Source: Leucoraja erinacea
Taxonomy: Eukaryota
Assembly (NCBI RefSeq): GCF_028641065.1
Contig: NC_073384.1
Location: 72,044,001-72,108,000 of the forward strand
Reading direction: 5' to 3'
DNA length: 64,000 nt
Shown here one piece after another: positions 11,672 through 24,139 of this stretch. The notes beneath the pieces were generated by a model. That model was not told where the DNA came from and did no database searches. It saw only the letters and a program-made list of their open reading frames with translations. The stretch's first letter is position 1; each line of letters opens with the position of its first letter. The translations under genes and the position numbers were made by a program.

Positions 11672-12822
11672 CCAGAGATAAACACAAAAAGCAGGAGTAA
11701 CTCAGTGGATCAGACCGCAACTCTGGAGAAAAGGAATAGGTGACATTTTGGGTCGAGGCCCTTCTTCAGATCTGAAGAAGGGCCTCGACCCGAAACGTCA
11801 CATATGAAAGCTGGAAGTGGTGGCGCTGTCCTGGCAGCAGTGGATCGCCGGCAGTCCGTTTGTTTTTACTTTTTTGTGGTTCTTTTTCGTTTTGTCTAGT
11901 TAAGTTTTTGGTTTTTAGGTTGTGTTTATGTGGGGGGGGGGGGGGTGAAACAGGGCTTGCTGTCTCTCCCTTCGGGGGAATGCGACTTTTTTGTCGTATC
12001 CCCCTTCTCTGCCTCCGTCTGCGCTGAGGCCTAATGGCGGAGCTGGCGACCTCGAGACTCCGGAGGCTGCCAGTCAGGACTCACCCTGGGCTCGCTCCTG
12101 TGAGGGCGGCCCAGCTCGGGGCTGGAACGGCACTCCCGTGAGGGGCTGTGACGCTCCCGTGAGGGCGGCCTGGCGCGGGGCTGAGACTCTCCCGTGAGGG
12201 GCTGTGGCGCTCCCGTCGGAGCGGCCCAGCTCGAGGGAGGAACGGCGCTCCCGTCGGAGCGGCCCAGCTCGAGGGAGGAACGGCACTCACGTGAGGGCGA
12301 TCCGGCTCGGGGCTGGAACGGTGCTCCGGTGGCTGGGACGGCGTTCTGGCGGCGGTGACCTGAGTCCGGGGTTGAGCCGCGGGCCGGCGGCTGCGTCCGC
12401 TGGACTGGAGGGCGGCAGCTTCGACCACCCCGGGCCGCGGTGTTTGAGCCGGCCCGTTCGCGGGGTTCGGTGAGCCGCGGGACTGTTTGTACCATCGCCC
12501 GGTGGGGAATCGCCTCAGCGCAGAGGGAGAAGAGGAGGGAAGAGACTGCAGCCCTAAGATTTTTGCCTCCACCACAGTGAGGAGGTGCTTGGAGGACTCA
12601 CTGTGGTGGATGTTAATTTGTGTTTATTGTTGTTTATTATTGTATTATTGTATGTATGACTGCAGGCACGAAATTTCGTTCAGACCGTAATGACAATAAA
12701 GGTAATTCTAATTCTAATTCTAATATTCCTTTTCTCCGGAGATGCTGTCTGACCTGCTGAGTTACTCCAGCTTTTTGTGTTTATCTTCGGTTTAAACCAG
12801 CGTCTGCAGTTCCTTCTTACAC
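11672..12822. mobile_element. Penelope-derived palindrome split by a GC-rich retroelement insertion (about 11803-12722)
   Basis: The left arm and core ctgaagaagggcctcgacccgaaacgtc (11772-11799) resume as attccttttctcc at about 12723. The insert has internal GC-rich tandem repeats (about 12090-12330) and an aataaa-(aattct)n tail. Confidence 0.75.
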
Positions 12823-13554
12823 ATTTTGTGCAGCTAAATCATGCTGGTCAACTGGGAGAAAACATAGATTCAATGACTTTGATTCTCAACAGGCACATCA
12901 ATTTAAATGTCAGAATTGACAACTGTTCAGTTCTTGCTCTCTTTGATTGGATAAGCTTTAGTAGTTCACTTGGGTACATGAATTGGAAACCAGGAATTCC
13001 ACACCTGGAAGAGAGTGAATAGGGAGTGGGTGAATGAGGGGGGACTAAATGCTGTTACTCAAAGTCAAAATCCTCCCTTAATTCCCAATGATCTGAAACT
13101 CTCAGCCAAAAAATGCTGACTTTAATAGCTACCAGCAACTTACCTCACCTTTGCTACAGAAAGAGAATATATCAAAGTGTTACCTTCTCCTCAATTAACA
13201 ATCCCTTTTCACATGCACAAAATCTATCACTCATGGTCTATCGACCGTTAATGATGAAGCATAGCCATCTGCAAATAGGTTATTGGAAACAAATTATATC
13301 CATTTCACAAATAAATGATGAACATGACATATAGCTGAATCCTGAACTAATTTCATACTTGTTTCAGAGTTTCTCAATAACCATATAACCATATATAACC
13401 ATATAACAATTACAGCACGGAGAACAGGCCATCTTGGCCCTTCAAGTCCGTGCCGAACACTTATTTTCCCCCAATGAAAAGACTAATTGCAAATGGTACA
13501 TTTAAAATTTGATAACTTGGTACTAAACAAGTTTTTTGAAGCTATTGGGATGAT

Positions 13555-13630
13555 GAGTAACTCAGCGGGACAGGCAGCATCTCTGGAGAGAAGGAATGGG
13601 TGACGTTTCGGGTCGAGACCCTTCTTCAGA
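13555..13630 (-). ncRNA. Penelope-derived fragment ending in an intact minimal hammerhead motif (family 1)
   Basis: Minus strand u-CUGAAGA-a-GGGUC-uc-GACCC-GAAAC-GUC-accc at 13597-13630. Confidence 0.7.
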
Positions 13631-15120
13631 TAGAGTGGCACATTATTCAACTTTTTAAGATTTAAGCTTTCAATTTTCTGACAACTGTCAGGAAATCCAT
13701 CACTCAGGTTTGCCCTCAGGCTTGATCAAGTCTACTGTGAAATAACATTATTAACTGTTCATTAAAAAACAGACACAATGTGCTGTAGTAACTCGGTGGG
13801 TCAGGCAGCATCTCTGGGGAACATGGACCCTTCTTCAGAGGTAAACTGTTTGTTTATTCCAATGCAATAATTCATAAAATAATTCAAACAAGATCAGCCT
13901 ATATACAAGTGTCACTGCATAAATGTCCACTTTTTTTCCGTACGGTTACCTTTTTCCCTCAATGAACCAGAATACCATCCTTTTTTCTGGCACAAGTACT
14001 GAAACATAAGCTTTGTCACTATTTAAAAACCTGTAATTACCAACAAACAGATCCAGTCCAAAAATCTTTGGAAGATTTTGTGAAATGCATTGAACCTTAC
14101 AATGAAAATAAGTTGAGAAGAATATTCAATGAGTAGGTTTCTAGTGTACCATCATACATTTCTAGTGTAGCCTGAGTCCATTAGATTTGGAAGATGCTCT
14201 CAACTGTCTTGGAGAAAAAGTCACGGGCATGTTACTGTTTAAGCGCCAAACTCATAAATTGAAAGTCCCTGCCAAACTCTGGACGGTTGTCAGGGAGGGC
14301 TATTTTCAGTTGACTTTAACGGAACTACCAACCAAGGGCTGAGTGATCGGCAGCCTGCTGCATAGCATTTCCTGTACGATACAAGTGAGTGGTAATTTTG
14401 TCACCTCGACAAGCTTCCTACTCTCCCCACAATCTGCCCGGCCGTTAGCTTACCTCACATGTTGGGTTCAACTGTAACGACTGCTGGGCGAGATAATCAA
14501 CTGCAACAATACCCTTGTCAGGACCGTTGATTCACTACATTCGTGTCATATTTGAAGCAACAAAACTCATCCCCTCACCACCAACAGTGCAACTCAGCCG
14601 CACATGACACCAAGGAACTCTCGTACAAATCTCAACGTACAGCAGCAGCCGCTGGAGAAGCTTGTGCTAATCTTTTAAAAAGTCACAGTGTGACCAGGAA
14701 GAAACAGTCTGGAATTGTTTTAGCTTTGCCATAGCTGACTGAGGTGGCATGGGATCAAATTAGAAACCGTACACTAACCAGAAATCTGATCTCGCTTTCA
14801 ATGTAATGAAACTAGAAAATTAAAATAAATGTGATTCTAAATTATCTTTTATCTACATGGGTCCGAAGAAGGGTCTTGACCCGAAACGTCGGCTAGTCTT
14901 TCTCTCCAGAGAAGCTGTCTGTCCCGCTGAGTTACTCAAGCTTTTTGTGTCTATCTTCAGTTGGCGCCAGCATCTGCAGTTCCTTCCCACATACTAAATT
15001 ATTTAATGTTGACTCAGCTCACTTGTTGATCAGTGAATCAACAAACTAGAAGTTTGAGGAGCAAAATATGGAATTGGTGTGTACGTTAGACTGATGCTGC
15101 GGTGAATCAGCAAGGAACTA

Positions 15121-16281
15121 CAGGTGCACAACCTTTTATCCGGAGTTCCAGAAACCGAAAAACTCCGAAAACCGGCCATTTTTTCCAGATGTCGTCTGCG
15201 CACCAAAGCTCGAGTTTGGCGCCAAACTTGACCCAAAACGACCCACGGTCAACCCAGGTCTGTACTACTGTAGCGGCTGTCTCCTCCCTGGAGACCGGGA
15301 GACGCTTAAACATCTGTAAATCATTGCTTAAATGTTAGTCAGTTAGTTTGGAGGGCTTTTATGTGAAGGGGGGTGAAGGGGTAAACTTTAATTCTTAGTC
15401 CCCTACCTGGTTGGAGAGGCGGGGAGCGGTCAATGCCTTACCGGGTCGTCGTGCAGTAAGCTCCGCAGCGCTGAGGCCGGTGGGGCTGCGGGCGGCGCCA
15501 GTTGTAGCTCCGACCCCGGCAACTCTACCCCTGGCTGCGAGGCGCTCCAAATCCAGCGCGGCCCGCGGCCGGACGCCCCAGCTCCGCGAATGTTGGGAGT
15601 CGGCAGAGCGCAGCGCTGGGTGCGGTCAATGCCTTACCGGGTCGCCGTGCGGCAAGCTCCGGAGCGCTGTGGCCGCCGACACACAACGTTCGCGGAGCGT
15701 CGCTGGATTTGGAGCCGCGCAGCCAGGGGTAGAGTTGCCGGGGTTGGAGCTCCAACCGGCGCCGCCCGCGGCCGGACGGAGCCCCCAGCTCCGCGGCTCC
15801 AAATCCAGCGACGCTCCGCGATGTTGTGTGTCGGCGGCCACAGCGCTGCGACGCCGCCGACTCCCGACATTCGCGGAGCTGGGGCGTCCGACCGCGGGCG
15901 GCGCTGGATTTGGAGCGCCTCGCAGCCAGGGGTAGAGTTGCCGGGGTCGGAGCTACAACCGGCGCCGCCCGCGGTCGGACAGAGCCCCCAGCTCCGCGAG
16001 GTTGGGAGTCGCCGACCAGGTAGGTAGGGGACTAAGAATTAAAGTTTCCCCCTTCACCCCGACTCCACCACCACCACATAAAATCCCTCCAAACTAACTG
16101 ACTAACATTTATGCAATGATTCTCCCGGTCTCCGGGGAGGAGGCAGCTGCTCCAGACTTTTCAAGTAGCCCGCGCTACCTACCTAATCTACGCTAAAAAT
16201 CTTCCATTCTGAAATCCGAAAATGTCCGAAATCCGACAAGTGTCTGGTCCCAAGGCTTTCGGATAAAAGGTTGTGCACCTG
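15121..16281. mobile_element. Non-autonomous Tc1/mariner (pogo/Tigger-like) element with CpG-rich repetitive interior
   Basis: TA|caggtgcacaaccttttatcc...ggataaaaggttgtgcacctg|TA; inner inverted repeat at about 15330-15410 and 16010-16105. Confidence 0.85.
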
Positions 16282-16439
16282 TACTGCATTACAATGAATG
16301 CTGTTTCTGATTTCAAACGAATGTCACAGCATCTTTACCACTTAATTACTAAGATACTGTGTGACGTGCAGAAATCATCTAAGAGGAACAGGAAAGTCTT
16401 GGCATCCAGGCCAATATTCCCAACTCAACTGGGAGTTTG

Positions 16440-17020
16440 GGCGGCACAGTGGAGCAGTGGCAGTTGCTGCCTGCCACGCTTGTAGTGCCGGAGACACAGG
16501 TTTGATCACAACTACAGGTGCTGCATGTACGGAGGTTGTATGTTCTCCCCGTAACCTGCGTGGGTTTTCTTTGAGATATTCAGTTTCCTCGCACATTCCA
16601 AAGACGTCCAGTTATGTAGGTAAATTGGCTTGGTATAAATGTAAATTGTCCCTAGTGTGTGTAGGATAGTGTTAAGGCCCTGTCCCACTAACCCGAGTTA
16701 CTCACCAACTGTCCCGAGTTTCCCCCTGGATTTGAACTAGGGGAATGTCGGTTAATGTCGGTAGGTGGCCGTAAGGAGTCCGTAGATGTTTCGTAGCGGC
16801 TCGTAATACCAGCCGCTTTTTCAACACATTGAAAACTGTACACGAGTTAAAAAAATAGCCCCGAGTACCTACGAACGGCTATTACCGTATTTTCGAATCA
16901 AGGGGAAAACTCGGGAGAGTTCGTGAGTAACTCGGGTAAGTGGGACAGGCCCTTTAGTGTGCGGGGATCGCTGGTCGGTGCGGACTCGGTGGCCTGTTTC
17001 CGCGTATATATCTCAAAACT
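16440..17020 (+). mobile_element. tRNA-derived HE1/V-SINE interrupted by a Harbinger MITE
   Basis: Head ggcggcacagtggagcagtgg with box A/B-like motifs, central V-domain and CR1-like tail. Confidence 0.8.
16675..16953. mobile_element. PIF/Harbinger-type MITE, TTA TSD
   Basis: gatagtg-TTA|aggccctgtcccact...agtgggacaggccct|TTA-gtgtgcgg; the uninterrupted SINE copy near 21690 shows a single tta. Confidence 0.9.
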
Positions 17021-17854
17021 AGACTGATTTCTAAAAGCAGATTATTCACCCGCTGGTACGTGATGAATGCTCGGTGTCAACAAACCAAATGACTGGAAAT
17101 AATTCCAGTTCTACAACTTTGCAGTTGACTCTCTAAAGCCCTCTGAAGTAATTTAGCAGGCTATTCAGTTTATTAAATAATATACGATACTGCTCTTGAT
17201 CATATTCCTTTGGCCGTATACCATCATAAAAAAATGTTTATTTCCATATTCCCTGTCTGGAGCTCTTATCATCCTTTAAGTCATAGTTTGTTGTAGTTTG
17301 TATTTGATCTGTAAGTCACTTGGACTGATGCAAGTTTTGTCTTTTGATTTTATGTGATTCTTTACCTCCCCTGTCATTCCTTACTTATAACTGGGCAGGA
17401 CACAAAACAGTCCAGTGATCCTAAATTCCAGTTGATTAGTCGATTTGCTAGTGTTTTAAGTGGAGTCAGCCTAACCTAGAGGTCGAATCTCAGTTGGCAT
17501 TTCCCCATTTTGCGTTGCTCATAATAAAACAGCTATTAGATAAGCGTGTACACACCAATGGGATGTTAAAAATACACGCCTCAATTCTCATCACTAAATC
17601 TAGAACAAGCTGACCCCTTTGTTGGTTCTAGGATGTGCCGTCCGTGAAGTTTCTCGAACATATCCAAACAATTTACAACCTTTCAGATAGGCTTGTCACA
17701 CTGAAGTTTAAATTCCCAATTAAAATCGCCCTCAGACTTCAACGGAGAAGTGGTGACGTTGTCACAGAAGGTGTTGTCATGTAACACTGAAACTCGGATT
17801 CCATACCGCCACAATGTTTCAGTCTGGTGAGGTCTGCAAGGGTCCCTATCACGG

Positions 17855-18300
17855 TGTTTTCCGAACAGCTCCGTCACAGAGGACTCTGTGATTTACGGAC
17901 TGTTCCCAGGGACACATTCAGAGACTGACATCGAGTGCTGGTGGAAGGTCGTCAACTGGGTGAAAGACGCTCCTTGGTCTTCCTGAGCTTTGTTGACCAC
18001 CCAGCGGAGCGAGATGACCGTCGGGGAATGTTGCCGACTGGCCCGCTGCAGACTGCAGGAGTACGTGCTGGCGGACGCACTGAAGCTCGGTGCAGCCAAC
18101 GCCAAGGCTCGGTGGGGGAGGACCACAGTCTCGGGTCCTTCCGCTGCTGGACATGGGGGGGAGCAGGGTGTGGTAGAGACCCCCCCCCTCAAAAATAAGG
18201 GAAGGGATTCCATGCCAGTGGGCCACATGAGTGGCAAGATTGAGGGATACATTTGTGTAATTGTTGTACACAGTATTGGATGTATGCATTGTAGTAGCCA
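17855..18300 (+). mobile_element. Tx1/L1-clade LINE ORF2 C-terminal fragment
   Basis: Translates PNSSVTEDSVIYGLFPGTHSETDIECWWKVVNWVKDAPWS*...ECCRLARCRLQEYVLADALKLGAANAKARWG, recognised as a Tx1-like ORF2 end; contains an in-frame stop. Confidence 0.7.
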
Positions 18301-18863
18301 TTTAGTTGAACTCAGTATGTTATAACTATACCCAGTTACCGTTAAATTTTATCTGCCTGTAATTATGTGAGTGGGATTTACACGTAGTCTGAGGCGTGTT
18401 TGCGGCTAGGATTCTCACGCGGACTCGCTAGTAGTTTTAGTTTAGTTTGAAGAAGCATGGGGGGAGAGGTCACAGCTTTCAACCATACAAGAGTGTGACC
18501 ACAAGTAAGATCAAAATGTACTTAAACAAGAAGAAGTTTGGTAGAATATCTTACTGTTTTTACTACTACAAAATAAAGAAACTATTAATCAAGAGACTGT
18601 GTTTGGAAGATTTATCTTTGCAGGTATTGAATGTCTCGTGCAGAGCTCGTGAGTGCGTTTCAATTAATCTCCTCAACCCCTGTCTTCAATCATAGTGACT
18701 AAAAGGAGGAATCCTTGAAACAATATGAAAATCTGTCATTATATGTATAGCCTCCGAGAATGTTGGATGGAGTCTTATACGGATCATGTATTGGATATAT
18801 TTATTTCTCAAATAAAGTATAGTCTGAAATTATCTTAAAAGACCTCATGCAGCCTTTGGCTTA

Positions 18864-19249
18864 AGGGCCTGTCCCACTTTCATGACTTAATTCAAAACCT
18901 CTGCCGAGTTTAAAGGACCTAAAACATATCAAGATTGTGGTAATCTACAAACTCCTACCAGTATGTCTACGAATTCCCACGACTATTTTGATGCCCTCCT
19001 TACGAGTAAAAAGTTGCAATTTCTTTCATCCTGACCATTTTTTTACGTTGACATTTTTTATCGGGCTGGAAAAAACGTCCCGACTTGCCTGATACCACGA
19101 ATACCTACAGCTGGCATTACGAGCCGCTACGATATATCTACGGACTCCTACAACCTCCTGCGAACTCGTTACGAACATTCTGCGAGTTTGAATCAAGGGG
19201 GAAACTCGGGAGAATTTGTGAATTACCTCGTGAAAGTGGGACAGGCCCT
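18864..19249. mobile_element. PIF/Harbinger-type MITE (same family as 54529-54941)
   Basis: tta|agggcctgtcccacttt...aaagtgggacaggccct|taa. Confidence 0.85.
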
Positions 19250-20199
19250 TAAGTCTGGACAGAGGTGCTGAATATCAAGGGTGAGGATCAGTTACTGCCT
19301 CTGAGTGACTGAAGACAGCGCAGTAAGGCAGCTAGTAGAGCTGCTACTTCACAGCTCCAGCAAGCAGGATTTAATTCTGACCTCCAACAATGCCTGTATT
19401 GAGTTTCTCTCAGTTATTGTATTCTCTCTGTGACCATGTGGTTATCCTCTGGGTGCACTGGTTTCCTCCCACACCCCAAAGACCAATCCTGCTATGACCG
19501 ATCCCATTTTAGTCTCCCAATTTCCCATAATCTCCACCCTGACACTGACATGGTCCCTGGTGTGTGGTTGAGTGGCAGAGTCTGGGGTCATTAATGGGAA
19601 TGTGGGAGAATAAAATTATACCTCTGCAGGATTAATGTGGATGGTAACTTCATGGCCAGTGCAGACTCAGTGGCCTGAAGGGCCTTTTATTGTGCTGAAT
19701 GACTCTCTTACTTATAACAGTAAAAATGCATTTAATTGTGGTGCCGTGAATGAGATCTGATAAATAAAATCAAAGCGTAAACTTCCACATTGGCTTGAAT
19801 CATTGTGGTTATTGGACACAATCTGCCACAGGCAATGATGGTCCAATTCTATACTGTCCTCACCTTCTCTGGGGCCGACTCTGGTGTCCACGCCGCTGAG
19901 GACGTCCCACAGCCCCGACGTCGGACTTACAACACCCTGGTGAGCGGTCCTGAACATCGGGCCGCCCGTAGCTGCAACTGCGGAGGGCACGGGGAGGCCC
20001 TGACCACGGGGAACAGTGGAGGAAGAGACTGACTTTGGTGCCTTCCCACACAGTGGGAAACTTTGATTCTGCTGTGTGGGGATGTTTTATGTCAAACTCT
20101 ATAGTATGTTGTGCCCCTTTTTTTATTGTATGGCTGTATGGGAATTTCATTTCACTGTGCTATCTGGCACATGTGATGAATAAATCTATCTTGTATCTT

Positions 20200-20655
20200 G
20201 TTCTCCATCATGGTCTGGTTTGGCTCCAAGCACGAAATCTGGAGGCTGCAGCGCATCATTCGATCAGCTGAGAAGGTTATTGGCTGCAACCTTCCCTCCA
20301 TTGATGAACTGTACACTGCAAGGGCCAGGAAGCGAGCGGGTAAGATCATCTCTGACCCCTCTCACCCTGGCCACAAACTCTTTGAATCACTTCCCTCTGG
20401 AAGGCGACTCCGGACTGTCAAAGCCGCCACAGCCAGACATAAAAACAGCTTTTATCCACGAGTAGCAGCTCTACTCAATAACCAAAATTCTGTAGCCTCC
20501 TTTTGCTCTAGTATTTTAAATCATTTACATGTTTAAACTGTAATGTTTTATTCTTAATGTTTAATGTTTTATGTGTCATTCTTAATTATTACTGTATGTC
20601 ATATTGTTACCTCCGAACGGAGCACCAAGGCAAATTCCTTGTATGTGTACATACT
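20200..20655 (+). mobile_element. Rex1-type LINE 3' end
   Basis: RLQRIIRSAEKVIGCNLPSIDELY...LPSGRRLR...NSFYPRVAALLN; the same family lies at 36260-36695 on the minus strand. Confidence 0.8.
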
Positions 20656-20656
20656 T

Positions 20657-20972
20657 GGGCCTGTCCCACTGTACGAGGTAATTCAAGAGCTCTCCCGAGT
20701 AAAAAAAAAAATCAAACTCGTGGTAAGCACGTAGAATGTACGTAGTGGGTACGTCGGAGCTCGGGACGTCTCTTAGCGGCTCGTAACGCTAACGGCAGGT
20801 ACTCGGGAAACGCGGTAAGCTTGTGAAGACTCGTGAAGATTTATCAACATGTTGAAAAATGTCCATGAGAGCTCTGAATACCTACGAGCGGCTATTACCA
20901 TAATTCTCTGAGTTCGAATCAGGGGAAACTCGGGAGAACTCGTGAATTACCTCGTACAGTGGGACATGGGCT
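20657..20972. mobile_element. PIF/Harbinger-type MITE
   Basis: gggcctgtcccactgtacgagg...cctcgtacagtgggac; interior related to 16675 and 50050. Confidence 0.8.
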
Positions 20973-21614
20973 TTATTCATCAATTAATTAATTAATCAAT
21001 CAATCAATTAAATCATCAATCATTTTAGCCCCAGGGCACTGCTGCACGAGCTCATTAGGGCAGCATTTTAAGTTTTTTATTGATGAGATGTACACATTAT
21101 TGGCAATGTTGCCATTTGTTTACTACCTGTTTAGTCCCTGAAGTGAATAGGCACACGGTACTCCAGATATAGTCTCTGCAAGACATTGTATAATCGTACA
21201 GTGGCAAACTTTCTCATCCGCACATTGTCTTGGGGTGAAATCCAAAATACCATTTGCTCTCTGATCTGCAGCACTTGTGAGTTTGCGTCTTGTGGCTAAT
21301 AAACACAAACATCTAAATATCTTTATACATAAAGGCTTCCTATAATACAACACCTCTTTTCCCCTCTGTTGGATAGCCTCACATTTACCCACGGTTGAAC
21401 ATTTGAATTTCCCATATTGCCTTTATGCCTGGGAAATAACAGGGTGAATCATTTATTGAAAATTTGCATCTATTCTAAGCCAAAAAATAACTTTGTGATC
21501 AAGCATCAGTAACGTGACCAGTCATTAGAATCTCATCCATTATGAATTTGTTCTGTACCTCAGTTCTTGCCTGGGTTAAGAAGATGTCCAAAGATGATGT
21601 TTGGTATTCTTACA

Positions 21615-21922
21615 TTTAGTTGAGTTTAGTTTAGAAATACAGCGCGGAAACAGGCCCTTAGGCCTACCGAGTCTGAATCGACCAACAATCCCCGCACACT
21701 AACACTATCCTACACACGCATGGGACTATTTACAATTTTACTAAAACCAATTAACCTACGAACCTGCACGTCTTTGGAGTGTGTGAGGAAACCGGAACAC
21801 CCAGATAAAACCCACAAGTCACAGGGAGAATGGACAATCTCCATACAGACAGCACCCGTAGTCTGGATCGAGCCCGGGCTTCTTGCGCTGTAAGGCAGCA
21901 ACTCTACTGCTGCGTCACCACA
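21615..21922 (-). mobile_element. HE1/V-SINE
   Basis: Reverse-complement SINE head at 21922 and (ctaaa)n tail at 21615. Confidence 0.85.
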
Positions 21923-23204
21923 TACTAAGTGTTCCTCATAAAATACCTTGTAGATATGATCCTAACATGGTTAATAATCATTTATAGACAATGCAGAAAG
22001 TTAAATCCAGGCAGAGCACTTTGATACATGACAAGCTGTAGCAATGGATTGATGATGCACTCTGAGGAAGCTAATGATTCTCCTTGGAAACTGAATCCCT
22101 CAAGTTCATACGTGAAGGGACTACTGTGATAAGCAATATCTGAACACGTTAACACTGGCTAAGTGCGTTCAGCAAGGCTTTGAAATGTGCTATCCTTCAT
22201 TTATTTATTATTTAAATACTTTGTGAATCGCAATTACACAAAATAATAACACAACAGTCCTCATCTCAATAGATTTTCATTCCATGTAAAATTTTGTTTC
22301 TTTATTACATAATTAAGGAGGCATAAAAATAGACCTCGAACTCTATTTTCATCTTGATATCAAAAGTGAAAGTAAGTTATAAATTTAAAATGCAACTATT
22401 TTAAATTTACATGTGTGAGAAGTCCAAAGCTGAGTCGACTGAATTATGCAGTATACTTTGGTACACAACTACACCTTGGAATAAACGTGGGCATTTAAAG
22501 ATTGTAACACTTTCTTATGGCTTGGTATCAATGCAAAATCGTCCCTAGTGTGTATATCGTAGTGTTCGTGGTCGGTGCGGACTCGGTGGACCGAAGGGCC
22601 CGTTTCCGCACTGTATCTCTAAACTAAACTAAACTATGGTGACGTTTTGGGTCGTGACCCTTCTCCAGTCTGAAGATGGGTTTCGACCCGAAACGTCACC
22701 TATTTCTTGATCCACTGAGATGCTGCCTGACCCCCTGAGTAAACCAGCATCTGCAGTTCCTTCCTACACAGTTCTCATACCTCCTCCCTGAAAGGGCATT
22801 TTGTTTTATAACACGTTGCTTGATTGTGGATGTGTCTCACATTAATGTCCCTGAGGAGTGCATTGGCATATGTTAGACTATCCTCAGGACTTCTACTTTA
22901 CAGTATGGTCCCCATCTCTGCTAACACAAGCTTGTTACTTGTAATCTCCAGTTACTGTGGCATGGGCCAGTGGGTGTGATGTGATGTGATGCATACCTTC
23001 TGCCATTCACACTGGGCTTTTATGTCCACTTGGTGGTTGGACTCAGTGCCTCCCAATGGTAGTGTGGACAGTGAAGCAGGTTGAATGATCTAGATCAACT
23101 GGGAAAATGGGCAAAGGAATGCCAGAAGGAATGTAAGTGCAAAATGATGCATCTCGGGAAGTTAAACCAAGGAGAACACACACAGGCTGTTCTTCTTTTA
23201 TTAG

Positions 23205-23795
23205 GGCAGCACGGTGGCACAGCAGTAGAGTTGCTGCCTTACAGCGCTCACAGCCCCAGAGACCCGGGTCCAAACCCGACTACGGGTGCTGTTTGTACGG
23301 AGTTTGTACGTTCTCCCCGTGACCTGCGTGAGTTTTCTCCAAGATCCTTGGTTTCCTTCCACACTCCAAAGACGTACAGGTTTGTAGGTTAGTTGGCTTG
23401 GCATAAGTGTAAGACAGTGTTAATTTTAGGTTAGTTTAGCGATACAGCGCGGAAACAGGCCGATCAGCCCAGTGGGTCCGCGCCGACCAGGATCCCCGCA
23501 CATTAACACTATCCTACACCCACTAGAGACAATTTTTACATTTATACCAAGCAAATGAACCTACAAACCTGTACGTCTTTGGAGTGTGGGAGGAAACCGA
23601 AGGTCTCGGAGAAAACCCACGCAGGTCACGGGGAGAACGTACATACAGTCAGCAACCAAATCGATCCCGGGTCTCCGGCGCTACATTCGCTGTCAGGCAG
23701 CAATTCTACCGCTGCGCCACCATCACCGTGAATGTGCGGGGATCGCTGGTCGGCGCGGACTCGTTTCCGCGCTTTATCTCTAAACTAAACTAAAC
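23205..23795. mobile_element. HE1/V-SINE (+) with a second HE1 SINE (-) nested at about 23425-23725
   Basis: Plus-strand head at 23205 resumes at about 23730 (gtgcggggatcgctgg) after an inverted full SINE copy. Confidence 0.8.
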
Positions 23796-24139
23796 ACACC
23801 GGTAATGTGGGAGCCCAGGGGAGGTACTGCAGAATAGAGAGTCTTTGGCGTATAAGTGGAGTTTAGTTTTGTTTATTGTCATATGTACCGAGGTACAGTG
23901 AAAAGCTTTTGTTGCGTGCTAACTAGTCGGCGGGAACACAATACATGATTACAATTGAGCCATTTACAGTGTAGAAATTTAAAATTGTGGAGCGATTGTA
24001 ATGAGTGATTGCAGATCCACCTCTGTGACTAACACACAAACAGAGTCGCCTGGGTTGAGTGCCATCTTTCCTAACTGTATCTAGTTCGACAAAAGTGGTG
24101 ACAAGGTGATGAATGGCACAATTGCCTTAATCAGACACG

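Noticed and set aside
11991-12690. Overlapping GC-rich ORFs
   Set aside because: They lie in tandem repeats inside a retroelement insertion; no recognisable domain.
15411-16027. ORFs of 145-174 aa
   Set aside because: Product of the GC-rich repetitive interior of a TA-flanked MITE; no transposase motifs.
16440-16520. tRNA gene-like sequence (also at 23205, 28703, 43313)
   Set aside because: These are tRNA-derived SINE heads that continue into SINE bodies; no complete cloverleaf.
17855-18135. Possible host-gene exon on the plus strand
   Set aside because: Recognised as a Tx1-like LINE ORF2 end with an in-frame stop.
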